Source: Phaeosaccion multiseriatum (Eukaryota > Protista > Ochrophyta, other classes). From it: DNA of 64,000 nt. Within the stretch, counting starts at the first letter, position 1. Every line of letters starts with the position of its first letter. Both the position numbers and the translations under genes were made by a program. The notes below the pieces were generated by a model, which worked only from the letters and a program-made list of their open reading frames with translations, ran no database searches and was not told the DNA's origin. Positions 1 through 12,668 of the stretch are shown here, piece by piece. The stretch is from NCBI GenBank assembly GCA_965112735.1, contig OZ218953.1, positions 5,580,001-5,644,000 on the forward strand. Direction: 5' to 3'.

Positions 1-2605
1 GCAGACAGACAGACAGAGAGAGAGGGGTGTCCAGTGCAGCCAAGCAGCGGAGAGGAGGAGGAGGAGTAAGAGGAGTAAGAGGAGGGAGGAAGGAAGGTGA
101 ACGAGACCCCCCCTCAATCCCCTGAAAGGGCATGTTGCCGTATTTGGCCAAGCAAGGCAATCAGAGACAAGTCTTCTTCCCTTCCATGCTTCACTCTTGC
201 CCCCCCCCCTCCTCCCCTCCCCACCTCAGTCCTTTCTTGCCCGTGGGCAGCTTGAGCATGACTGCGAAGAGCTCGTCGATCAGCAGGGAGCGGTGCCGTG
301 TGTAGTGCGCGAACACGGCGTGAAGAACCCCCACTGAGCACAGCTGAAGAGCGTGCAGCTTGGATGCCTCAGCCGCCGAGGACTGCGTTATCAGCGTGGA
401 CTTCAATTGAAGGCAAGGGAGGGGGAGGTGGGCGGGCGGGCAGGCACGCAAAGGAAGCAGTGAGAGGGAGTCAGCGTAAAAGGCCACCCTCCAGAGACCA
501 GGCACATCGGAGGGCAGGTGGAGAGGCCGAGCACGGAAGCGTGGGAAAGCCTTGAGATTGGGGTAGAGCCTAAAGATGGGTGGAAATCTAGAGCCTACTG
601 AATTGGAGGTGGGAGGGGGGGAAATATACCATTATGCCATTGGGAGCATGCGTGTGGAGGAGGCCAAGTGCCCCTTGAGGCACTGCACCGCAAGGCTCAA
701 ACTCACACTGACCTGCATGGTGGAGCACAGAGTGAGTATGTGCCTGTCCTGCAGCTTCTTGCACACCAGGCCCTCCAGCTTGCCCACAAGCTCGTACACC
801 TGGGGCAGCGTCTTCAGCAGCTCCCTATGGCAACAACAGGACAGGGCGTAGGCATAGGGTAGCGCATGCATGGTCAGGGGCACGCCACGGCTCGGTGAGA
901 AGGGTCAGTAGATTGAGCTGGCCATTTCGACAAAGAGGGGCAAGCAAAGAGCTTGGGGGGGGGGCTCCCGAGTCGGGGCGGACGAGACAGACTGGGGAGG
1001 AAGGACAGGAGAAGAAGGGGCAGCAGGACTGGCTCGGCATCGCTTCTTACTTGCAGAGGGGTTTGACCCAGCCCGTCACCTCGTCTGCTTTGGTGGCCTT
1101 CTTCCTCTTCTTGCTGCTGCTGGCCGCCTTCTCCTTCCTCTTGCCACCGCTGGGGGCAGGGCTCGACAAGACTCCTCCCCCCTTCTCCTCCTCCTCTTCC
1201 TCTTCGCCTCTGGCACTAGCCCTGGCTGGAGCAGCTCCTGTACAGAGGTCTGCAATGCACTTCTCGAGTCTGGCGCTGCTCTCGGTGGGGTCGAAGCAGT
1301 AAGTGAAGTGCTGCGAGAGGTGCTGCTTAGTGAGGCCGATGACGTCGTCGATGAGGTCCTCGTCCAGCAGCAGGGGGTCCACAGAGGGGGTGGACAGCAC
1401 CATCAGGGCAGAGGTGGCGGCGAGCAGCGACAGCTTCAGGCAGGCCACCTCTTCCCTGAGAGCGCTCACCCCTGTGGAGGACGTCCCGTTGCTCGCGTGT
1501 TGGGCCTTGTGGGTGGGGTGCCGAGAGGCAGGGCAGGGCAGGTCAGGACGGTTGGGGGGGGGGGAGGCTGAAGAAACCCACCCACATCAGATCATTGCCT
1601 ACAATTACTTTCACCTCTCCTCTCTCTCTGACGGACCTGTTTGGCAGTGAGCTGGAAGAGGTCGATGCTCACCCCCACTCGCACAGCCCCCCCCAGGAGA
1701 CGCATGAAGGGCGCCAAAGTCTCCACTTTTACCTGGTGCAAGCACTTGAGGCGTCGCAGGGTGGACAAGCGTGCAAAGGCGCCCTGCAGCTGCTTGTACG
1801 ACAGCAGATTCTTCCTACTCGCAACCGCGTCGTTGTCTCTACCGCCGTCTGGGACGTGCTCTGTGCCATCGTACTGCCGGGCCTTGGTGCTCTGCCTCAC
1901 TTCACTGTCCTCGCACGACCCCACCAAGCCGTCGATGTAGTCTCCAAACTGCTCGATAACGTCCTTTGCGTTCTGCACGGCCTCGGAGCCTCCTTCTGAA
2001 GCTGCTGCTCCCCTTCCCTTGCCCCCAGCCCCTGAGGGAGCAGCCGCTACGGAAGCCTCCTCGTCCCCCCCAGCAGACGTCGTTCGCCGTCTCTTCTTCC
2101 TCCCCTTCCATACCCTGCCCCCCCACGCATCGCCGTCCTCCTCTTCCTCATCGGCGCCCCCTTCCTCCTCCTCTTCTTCGTCCTCCTCTTCTTCTTCCTC
2201 CTCCTCTTCTTCGTCTTCTTCTTCTTCTTCTTCTTCGTCCTCCTCCTCCTTGCCCCCCTCTTGGTCTTCGTTTTCCGCGCTTCGCAGCCGCCGCTGCTGC
2301 AGAGTATCGCCTCCATCCTGCAGGATGATGTCCTGAAGCTCCTCCAGATCGACTTCTTCCCTGTCTCCGTCCTCGTAGGTGATGCCATACACCGTCACCG
2401 TTGGCGCCTCTTGCTCGCTCCCCGCTGGAGCTTCACACGCAGCCACGGACAGGTCGTAAATGACAGACCCCGTGTAGAACTCCCCATCTGCGAACAGCTT
2501 GGACACCTTCTTCTTCATGTAGGGGCTATCGAGACGAGCCCCCTCTGGCGGTGCAGAGTCCAGGCCGTCCTCCTCCTCGTCCATCATGTCGACACTCTCA
2601 CTCAT
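1..2605 (-). CDS. SCC2: Cohesin loader NIPBL/Scc2 (Nipped-B-like), 5' exons; the gene runs off the left edge. It has an N-terminal Tudor-like domain and an acidic tract.
   Basis: Spliced exons give ALMVLSTPSVDPLLLDEDLIDDVIGLTKQHL..CFDP and LQLCSVGVLHAVFAHYTRHRSLLIDELFAVMLKLPTGKKGLR. These match conserved NIPBL segments of the form ..EDVIERVI..TKFHL..QYDP and LQL..VFSRYEKHRQLILEEIF..LARLPTSKRSLR. Exons lie at about 2605-1646, 1471-1051, 800-682 and 408-225, with GT-AG introns. Confidence 0.85.
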
Positions 2606-3713
2606 GGGGCTACTCCCTTCTTGGCCCCCTTTGCCTCACGCCCACGCACAACGACGCCAAAGATCCCTGCTTCGTTGACAAGAGGTGGAGAGAAGGGGGT
2701 GGGTGCGAGGACATCGAGTACCAAGTGAAAGAGGGGGAAGAGAGAGGTGTGAAGCAGTTGCCCGTTGAAGCCGGGGGGGGCATCGGGTTTGAGGAGTTGC
2801 AGATTAAGAGAGAAGCGCCAGAGGAGAGACCGAGATCCCCACAGCAAATACTTCATCAGTCCTAAGCAAAGGTGAGGGCGTGCAGAGAGAATCACACAAA
2901 AATCTAATCTAATCATTCCTCCCCCCCTCCCGCCAAGGCGGGAAGGCGGATCCACTTCGATTTTGGTATCTTGGCGGCCGCGCCGTCTGTGGAGAAGGAG
3001 GAGAGGGACACACTCAGTCTTTCCTCTCCAACCACACTTGTCCCCTCACCTCGTTGTTCCCGCCTTGCCTGCCCTGTCTATCCTGCACCCCCCCCTGATG
3101 TCCCAACCGTACATCCATCCCGGCTCGGAGTCCGTCCGTTCCTCCCGGGGTGGAATCCAGGCCTCGAGTTTTATCCCCTTGAGCAGACTCACTTTAGCAT
3201 TACGAGTATCGACGGCTCGACGTGTGGCGGAGGAATCTGGTGCAGTGCCTGCTTGATTAGAACGCCGGTAAAGTAGAGGACGTTGCTCGCAATCCCGAGT
3301 TCGCTGCCTTAAAGTGTTGAATGGAAGTGCAGGGGAGGGGCAGTGAGGGGAGGCGCTCGCGACGCACTCGCACCAGGGTGACCCGCCTCGACCGAATCTC
3401 TGCGTGAGAAGGGACGGAAGCGCGTGGATAGACTGCCCGTTTTCTGCGCTGCGATCGCTTTCTCGCAGCTCTTGCGCGGCTTTTCTCGGCCTAGCGGGAG
3501 GCGATCACTGTCCAGAGTGGTCGAATTGAGCAGCAGCAGCCGCAGAAGCGGTAGGCAGCAACAGGAGCACCTCGTCGCGGGAATCGAAGTAGCTGCCACG
3601 GTAGCGGCAGTCGCAGCCGTGGCAATGGCCGGCAGTAGGAGTTGTTGAGTCGGCCCGATCAAGGGAGCGCAGGTGATTGGCGACGACGGTGGGAGGCGTG
3701 GCCGCAAGTCGCC

Positions 3714-4881
3714 ATGGCTCCGGCCTCACCAAAGGGTGCGCATACAGTGTGCCTCGCGAAATGCAAGAATCGCAAGAACATGTTCTGGCCCGCGCGCATT
3801 TGCGACGCCGATGAGGTGGATCAGCATTTGGCGGGGGGTGCGGATGCTGCTGATGACACCGGCACAGCAAGGAAAGCGGGACCGAAGCCGTCGGTGTCTG
3901 CGAGTGACGAGGACATGGACCCCAGAAATAACGTGCTGGTACAAATATTATGGTAAGTAAGCGCCGGGCGTTGGCTTCGGGAGCGGAGCGAAGGAGAGGG
4001 AATTATAGGAATGGGGAGGGAGAGGGACTCCTTTTTTTTCTTTTTTCTTTTTTCTGTGACGATCTGCTTCTCGCGGCGAGTTGCTTCGCGTGTATGTGAG
4101 TGATCCACCAAGGGCAGTACTGCAGCGAGCGGCTTTGGCGGAGAGCAGCCGCTGCGCGTGGAAGAATCCACGGCCTTCGACTATCCTTTGATTGCCGTGC
4201 GTGATTTCTTTTTTTTTCTCATTTTTTTTCGCAAGACCGAGCACGTTGAGCGAACGCTCTCCTTCATTTCGCCACGCCACGTCTATGGGCTGCGCCGCCT
4301 CTCGACCCTTCTCTCCTCGTTTCCCTCCTTCTCTTCTGACCTGCTTGCCTGCTTTTGCTCCCTGCGTCCCACTCACTTGTCGCCTTGATCCTGACCAATC
4401 AGTGAGAGCGGCCACAACTACTTGGACTGGATCCAACCCGACCACATCAAGAGATTCGCCGTGGGCTACGGGGGCGGCAATTTGGCGGATCGGACGGGCT
4501 TGGTCGATTATCAGGTACGGTTAAAGGTCAAGCAAGTGAGTGCTTGTAAGACAACGCGGCGGCAGCGTCTCCCAACAGTCGCACGGCTTGCGCGAAGAGC
4601 ACACACACAATTTTTTCCCTCGCCAGTGTGCCTTTTGTCAGTCTACCTACTCGCATTTGGTGGGATCTCAATCTCAATCCCCTCCAGCAACACTAGGGGG
4701 ACACACAGGATAGGACAGGCTCGAAGCTTTTCCTCCCTTTGCTGTGCATGCTCTCCTCTTTTCCGCTCACCGCTCCCTGTCCGATGAGCGGAGCTCACTC
4801 ATCACTCAGCATAGCCCCGCCGAGTAACCACGTCCCCCACACTCCCCCGGCCTTGCTCTTGTCGCCATGCGTGCTGCCTTT

Positions 4882-4917
<36 letters not shown>

Positions 4918-6254
4918 CTGCCGAGTGCCTGGCTGCCAAGCTTCTCGAGTGCAAGGCCGAGGAGGAGGAGATTGAGGCCAAGGTCAGAGCCCAGCGGGTC
5001 ACCCTCGGCCTGCCCGCCCTCGACACAGACTCCGCCAGCAAGGGCGCCGAGCTGCGCATGCACAGGTACAATAGGGAGGCCTTTAATTTCTACGACGATC
5101 AGCTCGAGTGCCCATGGAGGTGCAAAGAGTGTAACCAGCACACGGCAAGCTGCGGCTGCGAGAAGGGGCTCACGGCGTATATTACTGACGTGCTGACCAA
5201 GGGGCCGGACAAGAAGAAGAAGAAGGGCACGTCGGCGCGCAGCAGGGGCGTGAATCGCTATGTGATGTTCCGCTGCCCTGTGGCCGTGGCGGAAAAGGCC
5301 GGCATCAACAGGTCAAAGAAGTGTATGTACTGCAACCCCCCGGGGCAGCTGATATATATGGTGGAGTGGGGCAAAAAGGACTTTGTGGCGGTGGCGGATC
5401 AGGCCTTTGCCGAGCAAGCGCGCCTCGAGGCTATGTACGAGCCTGTGGACAACAAGCCCACAGCATCCCCCCCCACATCTGCGACTAGGCTTAGGGTTAC
5501 CGCCGACAGTGGTAGCGGCAGCGGTAGCAGCGGTGAAAGCGGCGGAGACTCCTCTATGTTGTCGAGCACCCGGAGAAAGGTGCCTCCCGCCCCGCAGAAC
5601 CCGGCCGCGCCCCCCTCAGGGGCAGGGGCAGGAGCAGGAGCAGCAGGAGGAGCGGTGGGGGGGGTGGGCACGAAGAGCAGCAGCAGTCGCCATAGCGGGC
5701 CCCTTCGGATACGCAGGTGCAATCAGTGCGAGGGCTGCACGGCCCCGAACTGCGGCGAGTGCTGGGCCTGCAAAGACATGGTCTTCTTCGGAGGGAGAGG
5801 CACCCGGCGCCAGCCCTGTGTGCTACGCTGGTGTAGGGAGAAGGCGCGCATGCAAGAGGAGGTGAGAGACAAGGGATTTAGAGAGAAGGGAGAAATCGAG
5901 GGGGGGGAGACAAAGAAGACTGAGAGAGGGAGAAGTTACGAAACGAGCAAGAGAGAGCGAGGCGAGACAGAGGACATTCACGCGCTCACACTCGGAGCGT
6001 CGCATTCCAGTCTCTTCTCTTCCTCCTCTCTAGACCTGTTGGTGCTTCGTTGTGTCGTCTCTCTCCCTGTTTCGCGCCTTCTTGATTCTTACAGCAGCGG
6101 CAGGCTTTCGAGGATCAGCAGCAAGAGCGGCGAGCTCGAATGGCGGCAGGTAAGCCCTCCCAGCCGCCAAGAAGGGCCTCCAATCCTACTCCTAGCAGTA
6201 GCGCGAGCAGCAGGGCAGCGGCAGCAGCAGCGACGACAGCGGCGGCAGAAGCAG

Positions 6255-6290
<36 letters not shown>

Positions 6291-9200
6291 CGGCGAGGGG
6301 CAAGAGAAACGAACAGCCTGTCGCTCCGATTGACCCCGCTGCCTCGTTTTCCTCCTCGCGCTCGCTAAGAGCAAAGCGACCGCGCTCGCTCCGCCTGGAG
6401 CTGGAAAGTGACCCCTCCTCCGGCCCACGCCTACGGGGCAGCAGCTCTGCCGCAGCACCGGTGGCGCGCAAGGTCGCGAAGGGGGCAAAGGTGGTGGCGG
6501 CTGCTGGGGGGAGCACTGGGGGGAGCTCTGGGGTTAGCACTGGGACTGCCAAGGGGGGACAGAGTAGTCCGGCGGGCAAAGGGCGCAAGGGAAGGGCTGC
6601 GGCAGGGACGGGGACAGGGGTAGGGGCAGGGGCAGCAGTTGGTGATACAGGGGCAGGGGCAGAGGCAGGGGCAGGTAGGACGGGTAGAGCGGGCAGGAGG
6701 AAGACCGCCGCACAGCTCGAGGCGGAGAAGCGCCAGGAGAGGCACAACTTGCTTCTAGAGAAGCTGCGCAGCAATGCGCCGCCGCAGACGCTCTTGACGG
6801 AGGAGGAGAGCCAGCAGACGGCGGCGGCTGCCAAGGTAAGACAGCTCAGTTAGGGGGGACTGACCTACTCACTCACTGACTTCCCTAGAGCTCGACCATT
6901 TTACTTCAGTCTGATGAACTAAGGCGAAAGTGTTGCATCATGTGACTGTACAAAACCCCAAAGGTTATGAAGAAGCAGGCCGTGGCCGTTGTGTGCTCTG
7001 CTGCCAAAGACTGCAACCCTTCTCGCGAAAAGTACCGTGACAACGAAGGCAACATGAAGGTGCGCGACTTTCTCACCAACGGCTTCAGGGTGCTCAAGCT
7101 CTGGACAGAACTCAACTCGGTAGAGAGGGGGGGGGAGGGCTTCGGTTTTCCCATGTGCTCTGTGAATAGAGGTTCGAGGAGAGGAGGAGGAGGAGGAGGG
7201 GCAGAGAGGGGAGCGGAAGGGGGAAGGGGAAGCAAAGAAGAAGCAGCACCCAAAAGCTCGTGGCTGCAGTCGGCCGGGCGACAAGGACTCCATCCTTTCG
7301 CCAAGTATGACTACGGAGTGATGCAAGTGGTCGTGCCGAAGCGCATCGTCTCTGCGGTGTGGGCAGTGGACCCCTTCGTGGTGGTGCCTGAAATTGGAGC
7401 ACGGATGGTCTCGGGGCTGAAGAACAATGACCTTGGTCTTGTTCCCGATGCCCCGGGTGCGGCCACTGCTGTCCGGGGGGGGCGCAGGAGCCCGCGAGGG
7501 AGGGGCTCTGCTGCTTCGCCAGACACCGTGACGGACACTGTGACGGCACACTCGTCCTCGTCAGAAGGGAGGGGAGGGAGGGGAGGAGGTGGAGGGGAGT
7601 TGGCCTTACCAGACGCTGCCAAAAGGCTGCCCACGAACTTCAATGGCAAAGCACGCCGCAAGTCATCCTCTTACCGAGGTGTCTCTTTGCAGAAGAAGAA
7701 GTGGGTAGCAAGGATTCGTCGGCCTCGGACTGGGGACGATCGAACCCTTGGACACTACGACACGGAAATGGAGGCGGCGAGGGCGTACGACGCTGTTGCG
7801 AAGATTTACTACAAGGACAAGGCCACCCTCAATTTCACAGACGACGTCGACGCCGGAGAGGCGGCTTTGGCGGCCGCGGCGGCTGCTTCTGCAGCAGCGA
7901 AGGAAGACGAAGAGGAATTGCTGGTAGAAACGGGGGGAGAACGCGCAGGAGTGAAGAGACGGCGAGTGGAGGAGAGCAAGGACGCAGCGATTCTCAACGA
8001 GGGTGCGAGAGTGTCCGGAAGAGGAGAAGCTGTGGTGATTGGCGGTGGGGCTGCCGAGGCGAGCAAGACGGAGGGGGGGGGGCAAGGAGCAGTGGGGGGC
8101 GGAGCAGGACAAGGAGGTGGAGGGGTTCATGTCAGCACGGAAGGTGCTTCGTCCTCGGCCTCCCCGCCTTACAAGGGCGGAGACGGAGAGGTTACACTGC
8201 TGGGGAAGAACCAATCGATGGAGGGGACGGAGGGGAAGAAAACAGGACCAGTAGACTCAGGAAGGGGCGCTGCAGGTAGTGACAAGTCTGTTGCCGGAAA
8301 GTCTCTCCCTAGCACTGAACACGCTGAGAAGGGGGGCTTGGGTGGTGTCCGTCCTGCAGCCGAAAAGGCGCACGGTGCCACACCCTCAGTGGTCGCTGCT
8401 TCCAACGGAGCGAGGCCCGTGGTGGGACCCAATTCTGGCGGGGCCAACGGTCCATGCGAGGAGAAGGCGGCTGCTGGGGCTGCTCATTTGAACGGAAGCG
8501 CCACAGCCCCTACTAGTCCCACGGCCAGCAGCGGGGCAGGTTTGGGAAAGAGCGGAGCCGAGAGCGGTGTTGTTGGCGCAGAGGCGACGGCCATGGATGT
8601 TGCTGCAGATGGGGTAGGGGTAGTAGGCGGCGGTGTGGAGTCTGGCAGGAGCGGTGGTGGTGACAGTCTCGCCGCTGATGCTGGCGGTGATGGGGCGAAA
8701 GGGGGCAGGAAAGGGCTGGTGCCAGGCCAGGCTTTGCTCTCGTTCTTGTGCTGCCAACCGCCAGGACGGGATATCAGCGCCGTTGGCACCGACACAAGTC
8801 TGCGTGGTGGTGCTTCGCAGTGGTCTCTGGAGGCGCAGGTCCGCGTGATGAAGCAGAGGCACCTTGTTGAGAGCATCATGCTGCTCGTGCAGGGGGCGAC
8901 AGGCTCGAGGCAAGTGGCCCGCTCCAAAGCGTCGGTAGCGAAGGCGAGGGCACTGGCAGCGACCAAGCCAAGGAAGGGGGCAGGGGGGGTGGGGAGGGCA
9001 GCCAAGACGCTGGAGCGGGAGCCAGAGTCCAGTAAAGCAGGAATAGCGAGAGGAGGAGGGAAGGCGACAGGAGAAGGAGGGGGGGGGGCGGTAGGGAAGA
9101 CATCGGCCAAGGGAGAGAGGGCATCGAAGTGGGAAAGCTCTAGTTCTGGAGGGGCAGGAGCGGACGGGAGCAATAAGGAGCAAACCTCCTCCGGGCCACT

Positions 9201-9601
9201 GTCGAAGGGGAAAGTGGCGAAGGGAGGAGCGGGAGGAGGTGCGCCTATGGGAATGACAGCAGAGGTGGACAAGAGAAGCACGGGAAAGGAAGACGAGACA
9301 GGGGCGGGGAAGGGGAAGAAGGCGGGGGGGAAGGCACCTTCTTCCTCCTCTGTGAGCTCCTCTTTGGTATCCTCTGTAGCCACGGGAGGGGCTTCTGCTG
9401 CACGGGTCCCGCCCCCTCCTCCTGTCGCATCGTCTTCTGCCCCTCCTCGTCCTCCTTCCGCGAAGTCGGCAGGGGGGGTGGCTGCAGCAGCAGTGGCACC
9501 AGCAGCACCAGCACCAGCAACAGTAGCAGCAGCTGCAGCAACAGCAGCAGCGAAAACGACAGCAGCACCAACACCAGCAACCACAACACCACCACCACCA
9601 C

Positions 9602-9636
<35 letters not shown>

Positions 9637-11572
9637 AGTGGCAGCAATGGCTGCAATGACAGCAAGGAAAGGAGGGGAAAAGCTGCACCTTCATCTGGCC
9701 TGCGCTCGTCATCAGCAGCGGCCAAGACCAAGGCTAAGGCCAAGGTCAACCCCAAGGCCAAAGCCAATGCCAAGCCACAGGCCAAGAAGCTCAGCGGGCG
9801 TTCACTTGCCGCTGCCGTGGACGAGGCCCTGGAGATCCTGGAGGTGACTCACAGGAGCCTGCAGGAGCTGCTCGATGAGGACGGGGCGGCGGTAAAGGTG
9901 GCGTTGGACGGGGCCTTAGAGGAGTATGTGGCACGAGTCAAGACGCAAGTACAAGTGCTGCGCATGTGTTTGGAGGACGCGCAGACCAACTGTGTGCAGC
10001 TCAGGCAGAGAAGGACGGCCAAGGAGGCCCATCTCAACACCCTCGCTCGCACTCTGCAGATGGGGGGGGGCTTGGCACCAGCAGCGAAAGAGGGCGCTAG
10101 TGCAAGTAGTGGGGTTAACAGAGTCGGCACTGGTGGTGGCAGCAGTGCTACTGCTGAGGGTGGTGGGGGTGGTAGAAGTAGTAGTAGTAGTAGTAGAGGT
10201 GGTGATGGTAGTGGTGACAATAGCAGTAGTGGAAAGAAGAGGGGCAACAGCAGCGGTGGTGGCGGCACAGGTGGTGCCCAGGTGCAGTCCCTCCTCAGCT
10301 CAAACTCTGCACAGCTCGCAACTCAGATCCTCGCGGCGGAGTGGGCAGATGTGGCCAAGCTCAAGGAGGAGGAGGCGGAGATGCAAGAGGGGCTTAAGGT
10401 TATGGAAAGGGACCTCGAGGCCGCGCAGGGCAGACTCGACAAGAAGCTGCTCGAGGCAAGGGACGGGGAGGCGGCACGCTGGCTCAAGGAGAGGGAGGGG
10501 CAGCTGCGCTTGGTGGCGAGGGAGTGGGACGGCCTCCGTGCTGTGCTCAAGAGACAGGTGAGGGGCCGTGGCCTGTCGGTGGGAGAGGGAGGGAGGGACG
10601 AGAGGAGAGGGGGATTGACGGAAAGGAGGGGGGGAATCCCCTTGGTGTGTCGTTCACGCCACCGTAGAGCCCAGCATTCCTTTCAGCGTCAGCCTTAGCC
10701 TCAGCCAGGAGCATGCGCGAGCAAACACACGTCTGATTGTCTTGCTTCTTGCTGCTGCTGCTGACGTTGTTGTTTCCTGTGAGCAGCTCGAGTCCAGTCG
10801 CACGCTTCTTCTCAGTGACTCCGCGTGCCGCGAACATTTGGTGCCGCCGGAGAAACTGGAGCGGCCCAAACGGATGGACGAGGTGAGAATTGCATACGCT
10901 TCTTCCCTCGCGGCTCACGGAAGCGAGGCGGTGGTGCTTTGGTGTCCCACGAGCGGCTTTGCTTTGCTTTGCCTTCCTGTGGGCAAAATAACGACGGACG
11001 ATGCGCCCACCCCACCCCCCCCTCCTTTGCCCCTCCCTTCGTACTCCATGTGCCTGCCGAAACTTCTTCTCTGTCAACTCCTCCTCCTCCTCCTCGTCGT
11101 CGTCGTCGTCGTCGTGGTCGTCGTCATGGTCGTTGTTGTTGGGTCGCGTAACCTTAACCCCGCTTCTTTCTTGCTTCCATCTCACTCCCATGATTCTTCT
11201 GTGTTTCCTTCCTGCCTCCGCCCCCCTCCGCTCTACGACTTCGCCACACCCCACTACACCTTCACACACCACACCACACCACGCTACCCCCCAGGCTGTC
11301 CGCGCAATTTCCTTCACCTCCCAGGCCCTTCCTCTTGAGACGCACGTGAAGGACTTTGTGGACTCGGAGTGGCTCGACATGATCTTCCCCAACGCTCTGC
11401 TCAAGCTTGCTCACAGCGTCACTTACGTGGCCCGGCTACAGGACCGGATCGCCAAGGCAGGCACCTCGTGGGAGTGCCTCACAGCGGACGACATGAGCGA
11501 CGACGAGGACCCGGACAGCATGTCGGGCAAGATGAACAGGGACACAGTGGGCAACCAGAGGTGCGTGCCGGC

Positions 11573-11612
<40 letters not shown>

Positions 11613-12668
11613 TGACTTGTTGATGTCGCCCCGTACCAGGCTGGGGCGGGAGCTGTGGCTGGGGCTGCTCTGCAGGACGTCCGAAAAGAGTGCCTCAACT
11701 CTGTTTCCCTCCCTCTCCCTCTCCCTCTCCCTCTCCCTCTCTCTTTCTCCGCCTATCCCTTCCCATGATCTGTCCCTTCCTTCCCACGGGACGTGACCAG
11801 GTCGTGGGCTGCCGCGCAAGCAGCAGCAGGGTCGGTGATTGAAGCCATCGACCGCGTGCTCTTCGGTCGGGCGCACAATGCCTTCTGCGCGGTGCGGCCG
11901 CCGGGCCATCACGCGGGCATTCACCTCCACTGCATGGGAGCGGTGTCGAACGGCTTCTGCTTGATCAACAACGTCGCTCTAGGGGCCATGTACGCACACC
12001 ACCACCGGGGCCTGGGGAGGATCGCCGTTGTGGACTTTGACGTGCATCACGGGAACGGCACGCAGGATGTGCTCTGCCGCACCTACCACCCTTCCTTTCT
12101 GTATGCCTCCATCCATGCGCACGGCTGGGCAGAACAGAGTGCAGGGGGGATGAAGATCTTCCCGGGCACGGGCGGCACTGAGGTGCCTACTCACGACCAC
12201 GTGCTCAACCTCCCTATCAGCGGCAGGGTCACGCCCTCTGCCTTCCACCGCGCCACCACGACGATCTGCGAGGCCCTGGACCGCTTCCGCCCAGACTTGA
12301 TCTTGCTCAGCTCGGGCTTCGACGCGCACCAGGCAGACCCCTCGAAGCTGGGCATGCTCGAGGCGAGCGACTTTGGTATCTTCACTAGGAGGATGGTCAA
12401 TGCAGCGGAGCGGCTCTGCTGTGGCCGCCTCGTGAGTGTACTCGAGGGGGGCTACGCGCTGGACTGCACAGAGAGCGTGCAGGCGGAGGGCTTGAATGGG
12501 AGTCTGGCCCCCGGGGGTGGGAACCCTTTCGCGGTGAAGAGGGTCAAGCACGCCGGCACGGACAACCCGTTGGAGGAGACGCTCTCAGACTGCATTGAGG
12601 CGCATGTACAGGCACTCGTGGACGGCGTCACCATGCGCGTGAGGAAGGAGGAGGGAGAGGGGCAGTAG
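3714..12668 (+). CDS. Multidomain chromatin protein: PWWP + Cys-rich motif + CXXC zinc finger + AP2/ERF + coiled coil + class II-type histone deacetylase
   Basis: Phase-consistent exons at about 3714-3952, 4403-4514, 4917-5861, 6093-6835, 6964-10557, 10787-10882, 11296-11560 and 11801-12668. PWWP: CLAKCK..FWPARIC..VLVQILC..YLDWIQPDHIKRF. CXXC: CNQCEGC..CGECWAC..FGG..RQPC..RWC. AP2: SSYRGVS..KWVARIR..LGHYDTEMEAARAYD..ATLNF. HDAC: ERPKR, RPPGHHAG, GFC, DFDVHHGNGTQ, GFDAH, LEGGY. Confidence 0.85.

Noticed and set aside
6910-6963. In-frame TGA (6943-6945) after a CAG acceptor at 6909, suggesting selenocysteine, readthrough or a gene split
   Set aside because: An in-phase AAG acceptor at 6963 skips it, so no recoding is needed. 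This still needs cDNA confirmation.
8484-9785. 433-aa antisense ORF, and many similar overlapping ORFs in the track
   Set aside because: These are shadows of GC-rich, low-complexity coding sequence on the other strand and carry no motifs.
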